A DNA stretch of 63,291 nucleotides, filler included, from Choristocarpus tenellus KU-1152 (lineage: Eukaryota > Protista > Phaeophyceae): assembly GCA_964200185.2 (NCBI GenBank). It is 10 parts of 10 records of this genome, joined end to end, with 100 filler letters (N's around TTAATTAATTAA, not from the genome) between each part and the next. Parts side by side here need not be neighbours in the genome. Positions count along the whole stretch, not along the records: positions 9,110 to 15,420 come from CAXNAD020008413.1; positions 15,521 to 22,102 come from CAXNAD020007821.1; positions 22,203 to 35,153 come from CAXNAD020001641.1; 7 more parts are not named here. The stretch is one strand, 5' to 3'. Made by a program: the position numbers and the translations under genes. Numbering within the stretch: the stretch's first letter is position 1; each line of letters opens with the position of its first letter. Below, piece after piece: positions 13,416 to 25,529 of this stretch. A model generated the notes under the pieces. It did not search any database and had not been told where the DNA came from. It was given only the letters and a program-made list of their open reading frames with translations.

Positions 13416-14564
13416 ATGGGTGGTAATTCCAACGGTGTGGTGATCACTGGTACAAGAGCACCCTCCAACGATGGCCCAATGACAGGGACCGAGGGATGGG
13501 AAGGGTGCCGAAGGTCGTCGAGTCTACCAGGAAAGGTGTCTTTGGAGTGCGCTCACGGCACGGAGGTCAGTATACGATACACTTTCCTGTAGGAGACCAA
13601 GAAGTGATAATATACTACACTAGCGATCTCTAGTATCTGTGGCAACATGGGATTGACCACCACATCACCTTCTGTTGCTCCGCTTAACACCATGCCAGCT
13701 TGTTCTACATGACACCCCAAGTGTGATTCAGAGGTCAACATAAATTTTTCTCTCGATCAACCAATGTAATGATTCTGTCTGAATGCCCAGGTTAGTGATG
13801 CTTTTCCCAATTGTGTTGGGGTTTCGAAGGAGACAGCACTCAGCGTTCCCCGCCTTTCCACGAAGTTGTCACTCAACGACTCTTACGAATTGCAGGAGAG
13901 AGGATCGATCACAGGCCGTGTCTCGTCCCTTTCTGTTGGAAGCACTGTAAAGTCTGTTGCTACGCTAACCGATCATATCGCGAAGGAGGTCTACGCATCA
14001 GCTATCAAGGCCGCTGGAGAGTTGGAGGCTGTCTGGAATGAGGTGCGAAAATACCTCATCTGTTGCATATCGGCAAGAGATTAAGTTTCGTTGCGATTTC
14101 AGAACCCCGTAGGAAGTTCTAACCCAAAATGGACCCACAGGTCTCACTTGCAGTGTCACAGTTATTTATAGTTTCCTCAGTGGAGTGTTTTCCGTTCATG
14201 TCGATATTTATCGAAAGGAGCACTGACCATGCCACTCAAGTTCCCGCCGAAGTTATCTCAGTCGTTTGGACCAAGAAAGGCATAACCACCACCATTCATA
14301 GCCGGTTTGGTTGTGAGGAAGGTGTGTACTCGCATTTCAATATCTGCCATCATTGTCTTACATTCTCAGAACTTACACCAGTATCGCATCTCATGTGCGA
14401 TCATGAACGCTCGGTTTGGATTTCAGGTTGGAGGCTACTCAGAGGCAGCCAAGACATCCGTTGTGGATCAGCTGCTCGCAGCCGTGAGGGAGGCGTGTGA
14501 TGCTAGCGTCGTCAGAGAGCGGGATTCTAAGGTTGGGCTTGCTACACACGTCGAAGAAGCCAAG
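13416..14564 (+). CDS. Exons of an uncharacterised protein (?-13565, 13896-14042, 14427-14564)
   Basis: Three open segments with canonical CAG/GT boundaries, all phase 0 (147 and 138 nt). No recognisable domain. The 5' boundary is uncertain. Confidence 0.5.
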
Positions 14565-15520
14565 GTAGGAGGGTGGCATGTATTGTGTGTGTATTTTTGG
14601 CTCTGAGGTACAAGGGAACTTGCTTTCAGTGTCACTGATTCGTAGAGCAGCATCAAATACGTGCTCCCCTGGAAGCTATCTTTGTCTGGATGTGGTGTGA
14701 GGGAGGGTTAGGGTTAGGGTCGTCTTTGCCAACCCACTGCAACTCGAGATGGAAGGGAAGGGGCTACTTGTTGTTCTTGAGGTTGTCTCCTGAGTTTTGA
14801 GATCAAGGTTCGTAAAAGTACTTAGCTTCAAAAGTTTGTGTGTGCTGCATGTGTTTTAAATGTGTTTCTTGAATGTGTCTCCTGTGTTGGGAAGGGTTTT
14901 TGCATGTATTCTATCCATGTCCTGTGGTAGCTGGTTTGAAAGGTATGACCTTCGAACACCTCCATCAGGGAAATAGGCAGGCGGGAAGGTTCCTGCAGGT
15001 AGTGATGAGTTTGAACTGTCAAACTGCCATGTACTTTTTTTGTCTTCTTGGTGCTGGTGTCTTTTTTTTCAACGCTCGAATTAAGAGGTGTGGACCAACA
15101 CTTGACCAGTGCCCCACCTGCAATACCTAGATCACTTCACAAATCGCCCTTCCCTCCACTTCATCTTGATTGAAGGGGGGGCATCAGCTTCACTACGGAG
15201 GGGTGGGAGGTAGATGTCAGTTCCCACCCCGATCCCTCCACATGCCCAATCCCATCTTCCCATTCCTTAGGTACTACTTACTACCTCAAGAGTATCTAAT
15301 TGCGGATTACATTCTTTTTTTTTTCAACTTTGTTGAGGCAGTTACGAAAAAAAAAAAAAGTTTTTAAAAAAAAAAGTGTATTTCTTCCCAAGTCCCGCCA
15401 ACGAAACCGACCAGGCACCANNNNNNNNNNNNNNNNNNNNNNNNNNNNNNNNNNNNNNNNNNNNTTAATTAATTAANNNNNNNNNNNNNNNNNNNNNNNN
15501 NNNNNNNNNNNNNNNNNNNN

Positions 15521-16140
15521 ACCACACCAAGAGGTGGTCAACAGTGTGTTGGTGGCCCTCGTACCGATGCTCCAACCTGTTTTGTCCCAAAACCCCTTGC
15601 CCACTGTCTGTGCTACGCTGACAAATCAACCTGCTTCTGCTCCTGGGAAATATGGGACTACGTTCGTTTCGAAAAACAATTTATCCAAACCCGTTCGACC
15701 ATCAACCCCCGCCACCCTGTCTGTGCCCCGATCCACGTCCTCTATACCCACAGACAGAGCGAGCGATGCCGGTCGACACCATTTGGGTAAGAATTTTCCT
15801 TCATCTGCTTCCCAAGATGAGGTTGTCGAGTGGCTCAAGGCACATTGAGTTTGCTTTCATCACGCTTTTGGTCGCGATTTCTTCAAGTCTATTGGTTGCA
15901 GGTGTAGGTATACTCACGACGACTCCATAGTACCTAAAGGTCACTTTGCATATCTTTCCCGAGACAAGCAAAGTACTACCCCAGCTAATGAGTCGCGTAC
16001 GATAGTAGCCTTGACAAATTCCCATTTGCACTACCTCGCCGCGATGCAGGACTTTGAGTTCCCGCCTCTATTTGCAAGCAGCCCGACCGATTCTGAAGTA
16101 CCCGAGTTGCCCTGAGGGCACGCCCTGGAGTCTTCAGCTC
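15521..16140 (+). mobile_element. Decayed LTR-retrotransposon gag-like region
   Basis: Homologous to the reverse complement of 33770-34400, which lies upstream of a retropepsin motif. Confidence 0.5.
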
Positions 16141-16175
16141 CAGGGAACTTAGACACTGTAGCCATAGGAAGGATG

Positions 16176-16435
16176 GAGTGAAAGTATCTTAGAGGGTACG
16201 AGTTTTGCCCTGTTCGTCCCTTTGGTGCTTGGCTCCTCATGGGGATTTTTTATGACATTTTCCTACTCCAAAATGTTTTGGAGTAGGTGAAATGTGTACG
16301 TTATGAAAAGGTGTGTCTGGAACAAGGATATTGACACTTCCTAACAAACGCGATAGGTAAAATTACATCAAAATCACAACATTGGATTTTGACCCCCAAA
16401 TGGACAGCGCTCTACCCTCTAGGATACTTTGACTC
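16176..16435 (+). mobile_element. MITE family A copy (Sola-like)
   Basis: TIR GAGTGAAAGTATCTTAGAGGGTA...TACCCTCTAGGATACTTTGACTC; TSD eroded. Confidence 0.9.
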
Positions 16436-17483
16436 GCTCCCTATCTCAATTGCTGGTTCAAAACTTCCTGAAAGGTAGACAAGGCCAATGAGGAGGAGGG
16501 AACAACATTACTGAGACAATACTTGGATATTAAGTTTTCCGTAGGAAAAAATTAAACATAAAGGAGATAGGAAGGAAGCTATTTTGCGACAACAATTTAC
16601 AACATTTAAGTTTGTCCTTTTCAAGTGATATCACATGAGCATGCATGAGATTATGATGCTTGGGTGACTACTGGAACCCTTTGTAAACCAATGTAAAATT
16701 TGTAAGCGCTACCATATAACCCTAAAATACCAAACATGACCATTTTGTGTAGGTGATTCAGGGCATACAGAAGCAAATATACTATCATTTTCCAGATGTG
16801 TAAGCATAGGTATATATATTCAGCTATTGCACACCAGTACCTCTGAAAGCTGCATTCTCAGTCAAGTACATATAACTGGATTCTACTCAATCCTACTGTC
16901 TCTTGTCCGTCAAACTTTGGCAAATAATAGGTTGATCACCAAAAAAGTATATGTTGATATCAGTCAGAGGGAGTTTGTGCAGGAGTCAAAACCAGGATGG
17001 CCCAATAAAAGTGTCGAGGTTGGATTTAACTGTGCCCATTATCTAGAGAGATGAGATTTAGCGACCAAGACGTAGAAGGACTGACTTCAGAAAAAAGGAT
17101 GAAAAAGAGTGGTTGCGAAACAATCCGTAAAACTAGAATCAGTGTAGGCACCAGCCAAACGACGTGTAGGGTGAAAGTGTGTAAAATAATATGTTAATGT
17201 GACAAGGGCAAAAAACATCCTCCAGTGAAAGAGTGTTCGTTGGATATAGGAGGGATTTTGTTGGGAGGCGTAGAAGGATGGAGGGCAGAAGGCACGACGC
17301 GCAGGGGGACACAACTTTGGGGTACTCACGGAGTAATATCCTTCAGGATGTTAAGGGGATGGTTGAACCAAAGCCACTTCTACATATGACGTTGCTCTGC
17401 TTCTCAACTATTTACGTAATGGCGCAGTAGGAAAACACAAGAGAAAAAACTCAGATTCTGTTCACACCTGCAAAATCTCAAAG

Positions 17484-18440
17484 TCAACTTCTCTTGGACA
17501 ACAGCATCCTGGAAGATCCAGACGATGTGAGATGGGAAACGCGTCGACTCCATTTCATTGCCCAACTTGGGTCTGCACCAGCCGAAATCAGTATCTGCAC
17601 CACCTCTTCGTGTCCGTATTTTGCAGCACTATGGAGTGGAGTTGACCCTTTTCTGTTCTTTGGGGAATGGTCAGTCCCAGCCTGGAGGAGCGTACGTACA
17701 ACTCCCGCATGCCCTTCTTGCGCGGCTAGATGGAGGGCAGTGGAACCGTCTTTCAATGGTATATCACAAGCTGCCCCAGCCTCTAGCAGCTCCCGCAAGA
17801 TATCGAGGTGTCCATGTTGTGCACTGATGTGAACAGGGGTAAAGTCATTCTTGTCAGGTCTTCCATGGTCCGCATTGATACGAAGCAGCTCACGTACCAC
17901 CTCTAAGTGTGCCTGGCCAACGGCAATGTGTAGGGGTGTGACACCATCCTTCGACGCCGCTGCATCATCTGCCCCATTTTCAAGAAGGATCCGCACCACC
18001 TCAACATGCCCCGCTCCAGCCGCAAAGTAGAGGGGTGTGAAGCCAGCATTGGTCAAAGCTCCTGTGTGTGCCTTAGCTTTCAAAAGCACTTGTACCACAT
18101 CAAAGTGGCCTCTATGCGCTGCCAGATGCAGGGGGGTGAAACCATCATTGTCAGGGTATGCATGTCTTGCCCCAGCACGCAGGAGTTCCCGGACCACCTT
18201 CACATGACCCTCTTGTGCCGCCGCGTGAAGCGACGTACACCCTGCATTGGTCACCTTGGTATGGTCGGCCTGTGCTCGTAGCAATATCCTCACCACCTTT
18301 GTATTCCCATGCCCGGCAGCAATGAGAAGGGGTGTAAAACCCCCCTTGGCAACGGCATTGTGACTCACCCCTGCCTGGAGATGTCGCAGTACCCCATTGA
18401 CATTACCTTCCCTTGCGGCGATATGAAGGCCAGTGAACAT
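17484..18440 (-). CDS. Intronless ankyrin-repeat protein (9 repeats, 318 aa from ATG 18440)
   Basis: Nine consecutive 33-aa G-x-TPLH-x-AA-xx-GH-xx-VV-xx-LL repeats in an uninterrupted ORF. Confidence 0.9.
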   Translation of the reverse strand: MFTGLHIAAREGNVNGVLRHLQAGVSHNAVAKGGFTPLLIAAGHGNTKVVRILLRAQADHTKVTNAGCTSLHAAAQEGHVKVVRELLRAGARHAYPDNDGFTPLHLAAHRGHFDVVQVLLKAKAHTGALTNAGFTPLYFAAGAGHVEVVRILLENGADDAAASKDGVTPLHIAVGQAHLEVVRELLRINADHGRPDKNDFTPVHISAQHGHLDILRELLEAGAACDIPLKDGSTALHLAAQEGHAGVVRTLLQAGTDHSPKNRKGSTPLHSAAKYGHEEVVQILISAGADPSWAMKWSRRVSHLTSSGSSRMLLSKRS

Positions 18441-20321
18441 GTCAACGATGAACGTGAGATGGACGGCACGTTGGAAGGAGAAAGAGGTACGGAGCAAGAG
18501 GTCTATCGTTCAGAAAATCTCTCGTCTTCTGTCTAGCGCAGTCCACAGTTACAAAATTAAGTCCGTCTGGTTGGTTGTGGATGGTGCCTCAACCCAATGA
18601 CTACACAAACATGGGTCCCTGATTACGATTTTCAAAAAGTTGTGGTTGGGTATGTTGTCAGTATAGCATCAAGACCACCGAACCGTTAACCTCTTCTTTT
18701 GGCTACATATTTATCAGGATCAAATTGTTCTGTATCCATTTGTGTCTCCTCCTCACCATTTACTTTCAACAACTAAATGTATGTTGTGTTTTTCCTATCC
18801 GAATATTCTGGGAACTTTCTTACATACTAATATGGATAAATGAGATTTAGTGATTGAAAATACTTCTATTTTTATATTTATGGGAAAAATAATATATTCA
18901 CATCATATATAATAGTGGGTATAAACTTTTAGTTGCCCACAATATATTGGTAACTGAATTAATTGTAGATGAAGTATAGAGAGAAGTACAGATGGATGCG
19001 AGGAACGTATATAACACAAAAATATAGTATTGAAGTAGTGATTGATGTTGGTCTTCTCCCAACAACTGGTAAGCAACCTAGGACAAGAGGCAGCGAAGAA
19101 GAGGCAGCACTAGATGGACAATTCTTTTAGGAGTCGTTCAATGACCCATGACACCACCCAACCAACCCCAAATGCTTGGAATTATTATGTACAATCTACT
19201 CTCTGCTAGTATTACTAATACCAGTACTACCTATCTCCTATGATTATTAATAATTCCTATGAGTATGAATAATTATTATCTTATATATCAACTCTCTTCA
19301 AACCAGTTCAACGGCTACAGGTCAGAAATATTCGGGCAAGCAACGAGAGGTACGCCCAGTGACGTTTTCAATTATGTTGACAACTATGTCTAAATTTCGA
19401 TATCTTATTTTCAAGTACGTATGGAATATTTTCTGAATTGTGTCAGGAAAGTTCCAAACAATGGAGAAAAGATACAGGACTTTTCTGAACGCCAGCAAAT
19501 GAAAAACGTCCAGTCCACTACTTGTAGACTTGTTTATCATTTATTTAATATATCCACGCAAATCAATTCAATATTTTTCTGGCATACTAGATTATCTCCA
19601 CTACGTCTTATTGAAGGATGAATGGATCACAAATCACTTCACACACTCAACAACGTATTCTAAATATATTTTAATTTTGCCACTCTAAATAAAACAAAAT
19701 AAAATTATGTTGAAATTTGAGTGGATATATTTAGTACTTACAATAGAAATTTGAAATTAGGATATATATTATGTTCAAGATTGGCAAAATATAAAATAGG
19801 AGGCACAGTGATGACGTGGCCAACCAGAGTGTAAGAAACAAAACTTGACAAAACCATTCATATATAAAATTGTACTAACATGACAAGTCCATTGCGATCA
19901 CTTATTCAACATGACCAGGACCACTTCCTACTAATAATGTACAACCATCACTTACTTAACATGACCAGGGCTACCACCAACCATGTGTAACCAAGTTCGA
20001 ACATGACCAAGTTCGTGACCATTATTCATTGAACGTTTCAACATGCCTACCCACGAACCGACCCACACCCATATGGTTGATAGTGGAAACGCTAACTGGC
20101 CGCCCAATCAAAAGCCCAGAAATAAACGCTCTCAACTCAAAATTAGGAGTTTATCCATAAAAATGTGGTTAAATAGGAAAATAATGAAAACAAACTAAAC
20201 CTGCAAAACACGCCCATAAGCTGAGAGCCTCTCCTTTATATTGGATCTACTTCATATTTAAAATTCATTTATGTTATTTTGTACTACTAATATATACTAT
20301 AGTTGATGGAGAGAGATGTTT

Positions 20322-20579
20322 GAGTGAAAGCATCTTAGAGGGTACGAGTTTTGCCCTGTTTGTCCATTTGGGGCTTGCCTCCCCATGGTTTTTTTTATGC
20401 CATTTTCCTGCTCCAAAGTGTTTCGAGTAGGTAAAATGTGTACGTTATGAAAAGGTGTGTCCGAAACAAGGACATTGACACTTCCTAACAAACACTATAG
20501 CAAATTTTTCATCAAAATTGCAACAATGGATTTTGACCTCCAAATGGACGCCGTCCTACCCTCTAAGATACTTTGGCTC
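20322..20579 (+). mobile_element. MITE family A copy
   Basis: TIRs plus 4-bp TSD GTTT. Confidence 0.93.
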
Positions 20580-20763
20580 GTTTGCAAATTAGTGCGAGGT
20601 GATGACGACTACAACTACTCTTTACTTCCTTCGTCTTTACTATTCCACACGAATTTCTTGATTGATTGAATACCTACTCTAAACCTCACATCCACTCCAC
20701 TCCTCATCAACTGACGTCTCGCTGCTTCCTCCATACCACACCAACGTCACACCATCATCATGT

Positions 20764-21177
20764 TGTTACCACCTAACTATGCGACCAATTTCCACCACCA
20801 CTACACACAATACGGTCAATTCCTGTTTATCGTACCCACTCACACTGTTAGAAGCAATATGTCTTGATGACAGTTTCATAAACGCCGTTATGACCTTGAG
20901 TCCTAGATCTTACGTATTTGTACTATTGCTAGTACTTGTTTATTATTTGGTCATCATGATGCTCGACACAGATATGACATCCTTCACCAGTTCCTTTTAC
21001 TATACGATGATATTGATACTTACGAAGGGAATAATGCAAGTGAGAGATCCAGCATACTTGACGACCTGTGCATCAGGAGTCCTGTATGTGCATCAGCATT
21101 ATTTGTAGGGTTGTGCACTGGAGCTATACATCCCGTGGAGGTAAGCATGGAGTGTGCTGCAATATGGAGTTCCTACC
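20764..21177 (+). mobile_element. Decayed LTR followed by degenerate tRNA-Gln PBS (21165-21177)
   Basis: Starts TGTTAC; homologous to the reverse complement of 28923-29260; followed by TGGAGTTCCTACC. Confidence 0.6.
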
Positions 21178-21339
21178 TTGTCTCTTCAAGCCGGAGAGAA
21201 AACTTAGCTCTTACTGCAAGGAACTGTTGTCAGCTCCCTGGAATGTTATGGACTCATCTCCCTCTCCACTTTTCTTCAATTGGGGGGAAAGGATCTGCGT
21301 CGTCGCATCTGTGGCTCGCCCTTTAGCGATGAACGGAGT

Positions 21340-21907
21340 TAGGCGCATCAATGGGCTTGGCTAGAGTGCAAGGCTTCAGTGCTTCTCTATATGACCTTGA
21401 GGCTAGTCGATAATGCCGATCGCCTTACTGTGTTCACTGGGTCGCACTAATGATCTGCGCCCTAGACCATAATCTCGAGATCTCGAGATTATGCATGGGG
21501 GTGCCATCAGCATTGATGTTGCGTGTTATCCGTGTCTCGATTTTCTGTAGAGTGGGTTCCACCTGATTCACACACTCACCCTCGTCGTCCGTTGGTGCCC
21601 TCGCTGCTTGTCTGCATTTTCCTTCGTAGCAACCATAGCTTTCAGCCACTGAAGTAACCAGCAGCTCGATCAGTCACAATTCAAAGGCAGGTGGCTAAGG
21701 GGGCACAAAGGTGTGCTTTGTCTGTCACCCCCAGGTACCTGTGTCAAGAAGTCTTGGAAAGACAAAAGAGGAATCGACACTTGTAACTCAAGAAAAGGTT
21801 ATGACTTCAAGTCACCGTATTGGACGGTACCTTCCGAACAGGGAGATTGTGAGGAACTCAACTGGACAGAAATTTGCTTATCCCAAGGAGGGCCAGGTGT
21901 GACATGA
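21340..21907 (+). pseudogene. Decayed LINE ORF2 C-terminus followed by a Tudor-like domain
   Basis: Fragments SPYC..H, LIHTLTLVVRWCPRC and FKGRWL, then PPGTCVKKSW...YDFKSPYWTV...GDCEELN. Frameshifted. Confidence 0.5.
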
Positions 21908-22202
21908 GAAGATCGGAACTCCGGACCCTTTTATTCTAAGCCAAATCAGAGATGTATGCATTGTAACGTTTGAACCGGACCCCCAGAGGGAACAAGTGTG
22001 TGCTCTCGTCAGGCTAGATGCAAATTGAGTGTGACTGTTGTTCGATTAGACTCTTCCAACTCTATCGGACAGTTACGGTAAATTATTTATGGAGTAATGG
22101 AANNNNNNNNNNNNNNNNNNNNNNNNNNNNNNNNNNNNNNNNNNNNTTAATTAATTAANNNNNNNNNNNNNNNNNNNNNNNNNNNNNNNNNNNNNNNNNN
22201 NN

Positions 22203-22930
22203 GTGTGTCCTTCCAGCCTAGGCATGCGGGCCTTGATTGCCGGGATGACATCCTTGACCAATAGCTTCTTATACCTCTCACCGCCCGCTGTGGCTGGCAC
22301 AAGCACCTTGGTGTCCTTGTGCCGGTGTTTACTGCAGCACTGAGCAACCTTAGTGTCACAATTGGCCAGATCCTGATTTTCCTCTTGAACCACACCCCGT
22401 TGGAAAGCTTCCTAGGGCGGCCCACAGCTGCAAGGAACATGGCCTTCATGATGTAATGCATATTCTGTGCCCATGGGGGGTTGGAGGGGTCCTCAGTGGG
22501 GTGCAGGTACATACATTGCCCATCTTTGAGGATGTAAAACCACTTCACATCCACATGCACCGAGTCATACAGATTGTCCACTAATACCCCACTTCCACCC
22601 TTCCTGCGTATGTGACTGACGACGAAATCCACCTTGTTGACTTTCTGCTGGTCTGAAAGGACTGGCGTAACCCTCCGCTTGACCTTCACCCACTTGTGCT
22701 TGCACAAATCCCACAACAAGGCAAGGGTGGTCCCAGCTTTGGTCGCCCATTTGCGGAAGGATATGTGGTGTACCAATGGGACATCCAAAATGTCGAGTAT
22801 ACCTGTACAACGGCCACATCACCCCTTGCAACATCGTACGAGGTCCATGCATTCAACCTGTGCGATCTGGTTGTCATATTCCTCCAGATGATGGAACATG
22901 GTGAATCGGGAAATTCAAAAGTCCTTCGCA
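22203..22930 (-). mobile_element. Decayed Tc1/mariner (plant-MLE/DD39D-like) transposase
   Basis: VHVDVKWFY (VHxDEKWF) and KAMFLAAVGRPR...WFKRKIRIWP (KxMFLxAVARPR..FDGKIGxWP). Frameshifted and cut by the contig end. Confidence 0.85.
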
Positions 22931-23716
22931 ATGACCACCACCGTCCCCTGAGGTATCTGAGTCTCGTGCCCTCTCGCCTCCAAACACCGCTCCATCACAC
23001 TGTTCTCCATCGAGGTATTTGAGTCCTGATCCTGGATAGACTTCTGAGTCAAAGAATTGAGACCAACGGCCGATGATGGGATAAGCGGGTCGCTCAAACG
23101 ACGGGGGACCTTCATCCTAGGCATCCTAAAAACACCAACTTTGACAGTTTCACGAGGTTCTGAAACCTCATCAAATGCAACTTGGTCCACTTTGCACTGG
23201 TGATTCTCCGCAGTCATGACACAGACCACCATCTCAAAATTTGCACGCCTCCTAAAATCTTTATGAGAACTAAGCCTCGTCCAGAGGATTGATGATGTGG
23301 GTCGTTTCCAGGTGAGAACGGAATGTGCAAAAGGTATGTTACATTCAACTGTTCGATAGAGTTGGAAGAGTCTAATCGAACATCAAAATGTGGTATTTTG
23401 CAACCCCCCATTAAGCCTCGAAGGGATGATCTATGCAAACGCCCCACCCCCCCTCTACGATACTACTGGACCGAGGGCGTCTTCACAGACCATTTTTTAC
23501 AGTCCCCATGTCACAGGCATTAAGGTTGTCAATCCATACCATCATCTCATCAGAAATATCTTCAGTGGACAGGGATTATTAGTCGAGGTTGGATCGACTA
23601 GGTGGATGAAGAGCAAGGGAAGCATCTGTACGACTTCTTAGTGCCCACCAACCCATTGTCTCCAGCGTAAAACACATGACCACCTCAAAAGAGCAACCTG
23701 TGCCACTACACATACT

Positions 23717-23977
23717 GAGTAAAAGCATTTAAGTGGGGAGGGCTATGTCCGTTCGCGGTCATAAATCCAATGTTGTGATTGTGATTAATCTTGGCTATCG
23801 TGTTTGTTAGGAAGTGTCAATATCCTTGTTCCGGACACAACTTTCATGGTCATGTATATATTTTAGGCAAGTGTGTTTACACAATAAATCGAAAAAGGGC
23901 GTAAGAAAAGCATGGGGAGCCAAGCCTCAAACGGGAAAACAAGGCAAAATTCCTACCCTCTTTATATGGTTTGATTC
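23717..23977 (-). mobile_element. Old, diverged MITE family A copy
   Basis: Internal sequence matches the family; TIRs eroded. Confidence 0.75.
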
Positions 23978-25271
23978 ACAATCAGTCTGAAATTATTAAT
24001 TCAGTCCCTCTCCTACTGTAACTTCCATTCCCTCTCCCTCCTACCACATGGGTGGTCAACTCATCAACGAAGCTCTCTGGTTGCTAACCAAGGTGCCCGA
24101 AGATTTCCGCCACGAAGGTGTTGAAACTAAACCTGCAAGGATCAAAAGATCCCCGTAAATAGGTGCTGTTAGCAAGTTGTGCCCTGAAGGAGATCAAGTT
24201 AACCCTCTTCAGTAGACAGTGTGACTTAATGCAGGGCCCTCCTGACTATCCTAGCATCATTAGCAACCAAGACGTGAATCTTCAGAACTGGAGCAGGAAT
24301 GGTTATACCTACCCAGGTTCCTAGGACTAAGCTGGAGGCATAGTATTGCAGATTGAACTAATTAGTAGTTGTACAAATACAAGTTATACCCGTTGAATTT
24401 CAGTATCCTGTTCTTTCCAATGCAACATTCAGCCTTGATAGATTGTGAGGGCACGCTTTCACTGTGCCATAAACCAACTTGCTGCAAGTCCTCAGAATCC
24501 CAATTATGTTTGGTTTGCCCCAATGCGAGATTGTATGCATGTCAAAGCCGTTAGTGAGATACAAGTGATCCTGCACAGGGGTATCACAAGTGGGATTCTG
24601 GGAGCCTTGAGTGCACCTGCCGAATGTGCCCATATGAAAAAGTTGGAGCTGAAGAACTGCTGAGGAGGATGGAGAGGCCAAGCTGAGGGAGGAGAACTTA
24701 ATTGCTCCCCATAGGACTGAGGATGACATCCAGTGAGTGGTAGAGATTTAGGAAGATAAAGAAGATAGTGAAGAGCAGGAGGAGGATGTGGACGAAGAGG
24801 TGGATGGAGACATGACAACCCGTGTAGAGATTTGGAGAAATAATGAGCCCATGCAAGCTCAATTCACTTCAATGTTTCTCCGTTCTTCAGTTACTTAAAC
24901 ACCAACGAACAGCAAGGCTGGAAGGACAGTCCCACACAGTAACATCTACGGATATATTTTGACTGATGTCTGCCATGAACAGAGTGCATGAACTATTTGT
25001 GTTCTCCTTGCTTTTCATGCTCTGCACACAAAATTTATCACAAAACTTAACTCCTTCCCTGAAAGGAAATGTTGTGCTTACAAAAGTAATGGGCATACCC
25101 CTACCCTATCTAGTTCCATACACATTATCTACCTCCATTTGTAGGAAATTGTTCCGTTATAACATTGAGAACAATGTGTGAATCGTATGATTCTGTGGCA
25201 GCACGATTCACTTAGGCAAGGGTGGCAAAGAGAATCACCAAGCACGACGGATCAGACGGACCAAGGCAAAT

Positions 25272-25529
25272 GAGCCGAAGTATCTTAGACGGTAGAGCCG
25301 GGTCCATTTGAGGGCCAAAATCCAATTTTACGAATTTGATGTAACTTTGGCTATCGTATTTGTTACGAAGTGTCAATATCCTTGTTACAGTCATACCTTT
25401 TCATAACGCATACATTTTACCTAATTTGAAAAAATCGGAGTAGGAAAATGTCACAATAAAACCCATGGGAAGCCAAGTCCCAAACGGACAAACAGGGAAA
25501 AGCTCGTACCCTCTAGGATACTTTCACTC
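25272..25529 (-). mobile_element. MITE family A copy
   Basis: TIRs plus 4-bp TSD AAAT. Confidence 0.93.
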
